From positions 4,096,001 through 4,160,000 of the forward strand of contig OZ242320.1 in the NCBI GenBank assembly GCA_965208125.1: a stretch of 64,000 nt of DNA, in the 5' to 3' direction. The DNA comes from Candidatus Latescibacterota bacterium (GTDB lineage Bacteria; Latescibacterota; UBA2968). Below the pieces are notes generated by a model. It was given only the letters and a program-made list of their open reading frames with translations. It had not been told where the DNA came from and made no database searches. Of this stretch, positions 58,249-64,000 are shown piece after piece (position 1 is the first letter of the stretch; each line of letters starts with the position of its first letter). A program made the position numbers and the translations under genes.

Positions 58249-58833
58249 TCATCTCTCCTTTTGACCTGAATCGGCAAGAAAGAACGTTCCCCTCTTTTTG
58301 AACCGAAAATTCTCATCGGGTACGATGAACGCCAGTTTATCGCATAAAAAAGAGCCAGACGGGGCTGAATTTTGGAGCCGTGCACAAAGCTCAAGGCTCT
58401 CGTCTATGGATATGAATTCAGCAATGGTCATGTGCGGAGCTATGTTGCGCCGGTGATACGCTTCGTCGGAAAATGCCGATGTTCCGTGGAGGACCTGCTT
58501 TAAATTATCGATAGGCTCTCGTGGCCTTATAGGATACGAGACGCCAGGGTGCCTGGTTGAGGCATGCAGCTTGTCGTAATAAAGCGTGAATGGCTGGACA
58601 TCAGTAATGACGTTGTTGATTTCATCGATAAGATCAGGCGTCATTTCCTGGCTCAAGGGATCTGACAAAGAGATGTGCGTCGGACAGGTGGCAGCAGAGC
58701 GGGGATCATACTTTGCTCGCAAGAGATCGATCTCCTGAGATACCTCTGGAAGGGGCATGATAAGGATGAGGCCTAATCGGTAGTCGCGTTGCCAATCTTC
58801 CCACTTTGATGTGTCTTTTACGTATGGAATCAT
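58249..58833 (-). CDS. 2H phosphoesterase (2'-5' RNA ligase-like) protein
   Basis: Two HxS/T motifs: THIS and PHMT. Confidence 0.82.
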   Translation of the reverse strand: MIPYVKDTSKWEDWQRDYRLGLILIMPLPEVSQEIDLLRAKYDPRSAATCPTHISLSDPLSQEMTPDLIDEINNVITDVQPFTLYYDKLHASTRHPGVSYPIRPREPIDNLKQVLHGTSAFSDEAYHRRNIAPHMTIAEFISIDESLELCARLQNSAPSGSFLCDKLAFIVPDENFRFKKRGTFFLADSGQKER

Positions 58834-58842
58834 GATGGACTC

Positions 58843-59013
58843 TCAGTCGCTGTGGACCCGCAAGCATTCGCCTAACAGAAAATCCAAAGCCCACCCTCCA
58901 CCCAACCAGTGCGGAATAGAATGAACTGTCAATACCTCATGAATCTCTCTGATCAGCCCAAGCTGGATGGGGTTCGGATCTTCCAGACATCCACGAATTA
59001 CAATTTTAGACAT
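58843..59013 (-). pseudogene. 5' stub of an ANT(2'')/Lnu-like nucleotidyltransferase
   Basis: MSKIVIRG...HWLGGGWALDFLLGECLRVHSD*, truncated inside the HxDxD motif. Confidence 0.75.
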
Positions 59014-59032
59014 GGATCAAACTCATAGGAAA

Positions 59033-59062
59033 CATGCCGCTTCAGAACACTGAAGCGGCATG
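59033..59062. terminator. Perfect 13-bp hairpin right after the GNAT stop
   Basis: CATGCCGCTTCAG-AACA-CTGAAGCGGCATG. Confidence 0.6.
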
Positions 59063-59066
59063 AAGG

Positions 59067-59996
59067 CTAACTTCTTCGAGTTAAGAAAAAAATACCCGGC
59101 TTCGGTTTATAACCCATTTTTCGATTTACAGCAAGTATTCGTTCATTATTGGAATCATTGTGTGTTCGCAAATATTTAGCACCTTGATTTTTTGCAAATT
59201 CAGCAGCTTTCACTTTTGCAGCAAGCGATAATCCCTTTCCGCGGTAGGGGCGACTGACACCTGTCAAGCTGTTGTAATAAACTTCCTCAGTTTCCCTGAT
59301 TACTAATGACATTGCCACCCATTTCTGGCCATCGAGAATTAAGATGCTACCCGCGGGATCCATTTTCTCGAATAATACGTTCCTCATTTGTTTTAATTCG
59401 GGACGTGATTTTTCTTCCATACCTGGTGCATCTTTGGCCAGTTCCCACCAAAAGTCAAGATACCTTTCAAACCATACATCATTCTGTGGATAATTAGCAA
59501 AGGATGAAAAATGGAGTTTGGAACTTAGAGACAATACATCATCAAAGTTTTGGGAATTAAAAGTAGATAAATCCAGAGTGGATTCAAATACATGCTGTTC
59601 TACATTGAACCCACGCTTTTTTGCCCACATAAGGTCTTCAGGGCTTTGTTCCCTAACTGAACCTTGGAGGGCGACAGCTTGATTTTGGGTAGAGAAATGT
59701 TCAAGTTCCTGGTAGATTTTGCTTCCAATACCTTGTTTTCGCCAGTTTTGAGTGACTCTCACAGATATTTCAAAATAGCCAGGTCGCAGAATCGGATCCC
59801 AGGGACCTGTCACTGCGAAACCAAAACCAACAATTTCTCCATCAGGAGTGATAGCTGCAATACGATATATCGCCGTATCTTCTGTACACTTGCGATCTTG
59901 AGAAAGGAGGGTATTGAGGCTGGGCATATCAGGCCCATGTTTGCTGACAATGTGAGAGAAATTGCCCGATGTTATTGGCATGATTTGTATTGGCAT
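59067..59996 (-). CDS. Tandem-domain GNAT acetyltransferase
   Basis: WRKQGIGS; TGVSRPYRGKGL..A.K; THNDS.N..ILAVN.KMGY. Confidence 0.9.
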   Translation of the reverse strand: MPIQIMPITSGNFSHIVSKHGPDMPSLNTLLSQDRKCTEDTAIYRIAAITPDGEIVGFGFAVTGPWDPILRPGYFEISVRVTQNWRKQGIGSKIYQELEHFSTQNQAVALQGSVREQSPEDLMWAKKRGFNVEQHVFESTLDLSTFNSQNFDDVLSLSSKLHFSSFANYPQNDVWFERYLDFWWELAKDAPGMEEKSRPELKQMRNVLFEKMDPAGSILILDGQKWVAMSLVIRETEEVYYNSLTGVSRPYRGKGLSLAAKVKAAEFAKNQGAKYLRTHNDSNNERILAVNRKMGYKPKPGIFFLTRRS

Positions 59997-60006
59997 TTAG
60001 AAATCC

Positions 60007-60555
60007 TTAGCCCGTATGATGCCTGGACTCAAATTCTGCGCGCAATATCCCGAATAAGAGCCTATCCCAGCGTCGGTTGGACCAATATATAGCCTCGCGC
60101 TCGCACCCTTCCTGAGTAAATCCGAGTTTCTCGAGAACTCGGATGGCACCCGTATTATTGGAGGCTGTCGCAGCCGAAATCCTGTACAAGTCTAAATGCT
60201 CAAATCCAAATCGAAGGATTACCAATGCGGCATCTGTGCAGTACCCCTTACCTCTATCCCTCCTGCGGGCAATGCCAGCACCGAGGCTGGCGGTACGATT
60301 TCTTAAGTCGATTTCCGACAACTGAATATCTCCAAGGAGATTGCCATCTGGACTGAAGATGCCTAAATAAATTTGACTCTTTCCTTGTTGCTCCTGGATT
60401 TCCTCGAACCATTTGTCCGATCCCTCGAGTGAATGACCGGGTCTGACTGGTTCTGTAGGTATTGGCTCCTCGAGCTCATAATGTTCCCAAAGGGTGCGGC
60501 AATGCTCGCGTTCCATTGTCCGCAGTACCACTTTTTTACCACGTAGCTCAATCAT
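60007..60555 (-). CDS. GNAT acetyltransferase, RimJ/RimL type
   Basis: RGKGY.TDA...L.FGF..L.L.RI; N.GAIRVLEKLGF..EG. Confidence 0.9.
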   Translation of the reverse strand: MIELRGKKVVLRTMEREHCRTLWEHYELEEPIPTEPVRPGHSLEGSDKWFEEIQEQQGKSQIYLGIFSPDGNLLGDIQLSEIDLRNRTASLGAGIARRRDRGKGYCTDAALVILRFGFEHLDLYRISAATASNNTGAIRVLEKLGFTQEGCEREAIYWSNRRWDRLLFGILRAEFESRHHTG

Positions 60556-60581
60556 GAGAGGGATCCCCGATTTAGTTCAAA

Positions 60582-60615
60582 CATCGTGCAGACTGTCTCA
60601 ATTACCGACTACCTT
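60582..60615. repeat. Direct repeat C: orphan copy of the 3' end and trailer of the PhyH gene at 56290
   Basis: 34 bp with 2 mismatches versus 56274-56307. Confidence 0.9.
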
Positions 60616-60623
60616 TCAAAAAA

Positions 60624-61397
60624 TCACAGTTTCTTGCCTATCGCGCAGAAGACATTGTCATAGGATTCGCCCAGATCCGAGGCGCGAAATATGTGGATGT
60701 CCTGGAACCCGGCTGCTAAGTACAGGTTCTGGACTTCCTTCTCGTCAAAATAGTGCCAAAAGACCGGGCCCTCCCCGTCCTCGCTCTTGAGAACTAAGTC
60801 ACCTTCTTCCAGGCCTTCGTTCTGGTCAATCCCCTCGTATCTCATGTCATCGGTAACACGGGGGAGTGTAGAGGCACCATCGTGAACCGAAAGGGACATA
60901 AGTCCGGCAGAGGTGAGAACTCGAAAGGCTTCACTCGCGAGGGTCTTGCGAGCTCGCGCAGTGGGGACGTTGGCAAGAACCTGACTCCATAAAGTAACTA
61001 TGTCATATGAATCATCCGGTTCTGAAAATATGGCTCCATCTGTAACTTCAAACTCGACCTGGCTACCGGATTCAGCGGCTATACTTCGGGCCGCTGAAAC
61101 AAGCGTATCGGATATGTCTATTCCCTTCACGCGAAAGCCCAGACTTTCAAGGGCAAAGGCTTCACGTCCAGCGCCACATCCTACGACCAGAGCACGGCCG
61201 ACATCCGGAAAGAATCGGTCAAACATGGCCTGTTCCCATCTGCGCAGTCCTTCGCTGACCCTCCGTACGTACTTCTCAGTTGCCTGAGCAGTAGAGTAGC
61301 TATGTCGTACCTGACGGGCCAAATCACTTTTCTTTTTTTTATTCACTTTTTGCAATCGAGTATATAAGATTGAAAATAAATACCTTACAAGAAACAT
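60624..61397 (-). CDS. Class I SAM-dependent methyltransferase (true start probably ~61346)
   Basis: LVVGCGAGREA, GIDIS. Confidence 0.85.
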   Translation of the reverse strand: MFLVRYLFSILYTRLQKVNKKKKSDLARQVRHSYSTAQATEKYVRRVSEGLRRWEQAMFDRFFPDVGRALVVGCGAGREAFALESLGFRVKGIDISDTLVSAARSIAAESGSQVEFEVTDGAIFSEPDDSYDIVTLWSQVLANVPTARARKTLASEAFRVLTSAGLMSLSVHDGASTLPRVTDDMRYEGIDQNEGLEEGDLVLKSEDGEGPVFWHYFDEKEVQNLYLAAGFQDIHIFRASDLGESYDNVFCAIGKKL

Positions 61398-61400
61398 TGC

Positions 61401-61429
61401 TTGATGCTAAATTGAAAACCAACTATATT
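61401..61429 (+). promoter_or_regulatory. Putative sigma70 promoter of the LamG gene
   Basis: TTGATG-17 bp-TATATT. Confidence 0.45.
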
Positions 61430-61526
61430 CTCTTACATCTCATTAGAGATAGACTACTACCGTTTTGTTTCATGCTTGGCTTAAGAGTCCTCAGCTATTT
61501 TAAACTGCCCAAACCGAGGAGAAATT

Positions 61527-63137
61527 ATGTTGCGAGTCAGCGACCCCGACCTGATCGCCCACTGGCCGTTCCAGGAAAACCTGAATGACCATTCCAAAAG
61601 CGGCCTGTCCATCCAAAATCACGGGGTTGAAATCGGGGAATCAGGCGGACAAAGAAGCGCCCAATTCGACGGGGAGGGAACCTTTATAGAAGTTCCCTGC
61701 GACCTGTCTATAGGGACAGGCGATTTTTCATGCGCCGGATGGATCTATACGGAAGAAACTGAAGTGGTCGGCGATATTCTCAGCCAATTCGATCCGGAAA
61801 CCCGCCAGGGATGGCAGGTCTCGGTCCTCACCAATACCGGCATGACCTCCACCGCCCAATCGAATTACCGCAACCTCCACTTCGGCATCGACAACGGACA
61901 TCTCGGGGCCTGGACGGATTGCGGGCGTCCCGGTCAGGCGGTCAAGGTATCTGCACTTTCAACAATAGGTGGATACCTGTACGCTGGCACCTTCGAGAAC
62001 GGCAAAGAAGAGGTCGGCCACCTGTGGCGCTATGAAGGGGAGAAACGCTGGACCGATCTGGGCAATCCAGTCGGATGCAACTCCGTCAACGCCGTCGTCG
62101 AATTTCAAGGCGCGCTCTACTGCGCTCTTGGCCGGTATAATAGCATCGGCTCCGCTCTGGGCGATCCCCTGAACACCACCCCCGGCGGCCAGGTCTATCG
62201 GGTTGATGCTGATGGTCAATGGACTTTCTGTGGGCATCCAGGTATCGAAGACGCCACACCCGAAGAAACACCTACCACGGGGCACAACACGGGCAAAGCC
62301 GATAACGCCACCGCCCTCACAGTTTATCAGGGTCGGCTCTACGCCACCAGCCTCTATCGCGAGGGGGCCTTTGTCTATGATGGCGGCACCACCTGGACGC
62401 CCATAGGTCCAGACGTGCGGCTGATGAGTTTCACCATCTATCGGGATCGGCTCTATACCCTCGTCAACGGCGGCCCGGTTCTTCGCTACGAAGGCGGCGT
62501 CGAATGGACCGACTGCGGTTGCCCCGAAACTTCTACCCAGACCTACTCGGCGGTCACTTTTGAGGGCCAGCTTTATGTCGGCACCTGGCCTCAGGGAGAA
62601 GTCTATCGATATGACGGCAATACGACCTGGACCTGTCTGGGCCGGGTCGGATACGAACGCGAAATCATGGCCATGGGACTTTACAACGGCAAGGTCTATA
62701 TTGGCTCGCTCCCAATGGCCAATGTCTGGCGGATGGATGGTAATCAGTTCACATTCCTGGCGTCTCTGGACAGCACGTCTGCGCCCTTGCGGCGGGTCTG
62801 GTCCATGGCCGTTTATCAGGGCCGCCTCTATGCTGGCACCCTGCCGTCTGGGCATGTCTATTCAGTCGAAGCCGGAAAAGTCGCCACCTGGGACCACACA
62901 TTTCCCGAAGGGTGGCGACACGTAGCCGCTGTCAAGCAAGGCGGTGTTCTGACCCTGTACGTCGATGGAATTCCCGTCGCTACAACAGACAGCTTCAATC
63001 CAAAACGCTACGACCTCAACCCCAACTGTCCCCTCTTAATCGGCTTTGGTACCCACGACTATTTCAAAGGCGCCCTGCGAGACATCCGTATCTATCGCCG
63101 GGGCCTCACACAACGGGAAATCCAGCGCCTTCAGTGA
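61527..63137 (+). CDS. LamG/ConA-like domain interrupted by a beta-propeller
   Basis: N-terminal LIAHWPF...FDG...DFS..GWI; central G.LY.GT repeats; C-terminal WRHVAAV..LYVDG..FKG.L.D.RIY.R.L. Confidence 0.78.
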   Translation: MLRVSDPDLIAHWPFQENLNDHSKSGLSIQNHGVEIGESGGQRSAQFDGEGTFIEVPCDLSIGTGDFSCAGWIYTEETEVVGDILSQFDPETRQGWQVSVLTNTGMTSTAQSNYRNLHFGIDNGHLGAWTDCGRPGQAVKVSALSTIGGYLYAGTFENGKEEVGHLWRYEGEKRWTDLGNPVGCNSVNAVVEFQGALYCALGRYNSIGSALGDPLNTTPGGQVYRVDADGQWTFCGHPGIEDATPEETPTTGHNTGKADNATALTVYQGRLYATSLYREGAFVYDGGTTWTPIGPDVRLMSFTIYRDRLYTLVNGGPVLRYEGGVEWTDCGCPETSTQTYSAVTFEGQLYVGTWPQGEVYRYDGNTTWTCLGRVGYEREIMAMGLYNGKVYIGSLPMANVWRMDGNQFTFLASLDSTSAPLRRVWSMAVYQGRLYAGTLPSGHVYSVEAGKVATWDHTFPEGWRHVAAVKQGGVLTLYVDGIPVATTDSFNPKRYDLNPNCPLLIGFGTHDYFKGALRDIRIYRRGLTQREIQRLQ

Positions 63138-64000
63138 CGGCTCTTCAGCCACCAGCGCATGGTATTACTGACCATATCCGCTGCGTCTCGTTGAACCCAA
63201 TGGCCGCTGCTGGGGATGGTGACGAGTGTGTAGTCTTTGTTGATCCAATTCCACGTGTCGCGTAACCCGTCTTTGTCAACAGCCTTGTCTTTCAACCCGT
63301 GGAATTGCAATACGGGCATGGTGAGATTGGGCATCTCCAGGCTCTGGCCAGACCCCGCAGTTAGACCGCTATAGGCCGCCCGGTAGTAGTCGAGCATGCC
63401 CTTGACCGAGGATTGGGAGAACGCATTGATGTAGCGCTGCCGCACTTCGTCTGAGGCATTACCCACCGAAATACGTGTAAGCACCTCGGGCGAGAACCGT
63501 TTTTCGTATCCAGGCGTTTGAAAGTCGGTAATGTATTGCGTATTCCTCTTTTGCTCTGCCGTCGCGTTACGCAGCACGGTGCCGTAGCCCTTCGGGTGAG
63601 TCAGATTGCAGATCACCAGCTTGTTGACGAGTTGCGGATAGTGCATGGCGAACCGCCACGAAATGGCGCCACCCCAATCGTGACCAACGAGGGTGACCGA
63701 GTCGACCTCCAGATCCTTGATCACAGCTTCGACATCCGACATGAGATGGGACATGGTGTAGTGTTTCACGCCTTCGGGCTTGCCGCTCTTGTTGTAGGCG
63801 CGTGTGTCCATAGCGACGGTCTTATAGTTGTCGGAAAGAGCGGCCATCTGTTCGCGCCAGGTATACCAAAAATCGGGAAAGCCATGGACAAAGAGAATAA
63901 CGGGGCCTTCGCCCAAGGTGACGTAGTGGAGTGCCACCCCGTCGTTATCCGTCTCATGGTGCTCGACGCGGTCGAATACATCCGCCTTGACGTTAGCTAT
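63131..64000 (-). CDS. Alpha/beta hydrolase, epoxide-hydrolase-like; 5' end lies off the right edge
   Basis: HGFP, GHDWGG, GHWVQ; frame stays open to 64000 (IANVKADVFDRVEHH...). Confidence 0.88.
   Translation of the reverse strand: MANVKADVFDRVEHHETDNDGVALHYVTLGEGPVILFVHGFPDFWYTWREQMAALSDNYKTVAMDTRAYNKSGKPEGVKHYTMSHLMSDVEAVIKDLEVDSVTLVGHDWGGAISWRFAMHYPQLVNKLVICNLTHPKGYGTVLRNATAEQKRNTQYITDFQTPGYEKRFSPEVLTRISVGNASDEVRQRYINAFSQSSVKGMLDYYRAAYSGLTAGSGQSLEMPNLTMPVLQFHGLKDKAVDKDGLRDTWNWINKDYTLVTIPSSGHWVQRDAADMVSNTMRWWLKSRH

Noticed and set aside
58868-58876. GTTAGGC (minus) upstream of the 2H gene as an attC core site
   Set aside because: It lies within codons FLLGE of the ANT-like stub, so coding explains it
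61959-62855. 298-aa minus-strand ORF
   Set aside because: Antisense shadow of the LamG/propeller gene
1-64000. CRISPR array, intact integron, prophage or retron
   Set aside because: No regularly spaced repeats and no cas, intI, phage structural or reverse transcriptase genes seen

Overview
Bacterial accessory region (~50% GC) with no housekeeping genes and no integrase or transposase. About 57 of 62 intact CDSs lie on the minus strand. Most are small, unrelated detoxification or modification genes: 8 GNATs, 7 SAM methyltransferases, 3 PhyH dioxygenases, AAC(3), serine hydrolases, MFS/EamA/ABC transporters and two toxin-antitoxin pairs. A glycan/sulfate-degrading set is interleaved (5 sulfatases, GH29, GH50-like, BNR, beta-helix, DUF1592/DUF1552). 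This content resembles Poribacteria/Latescibacterota-type sponge symbionts (inference only). The junctions between genes show how the array was built: degenerate or collapsed integron attC half-sites, about ten truncated or internally deleted gene stubs, and four pairs of 34-51 bp diverged direct repeats. Two of these repeats define an empty site and a filled site with a clean 2.3 kb insertion. Two non-coding elements stand out. One is a 105-nt tRNA-like gene (49575-49679, minus) with an 8/4 Sec/allo-tRNA-like fold, G3:U70, a very long variable arm and an 8-nt anticodon loop (CUUCCAAA). The other is a 432-bp non-autonomous IS200/IS605 element (36850-37281) with intact ends and a structured interior but no protein. 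All calls come from visual motif recognition; no database searches were run.
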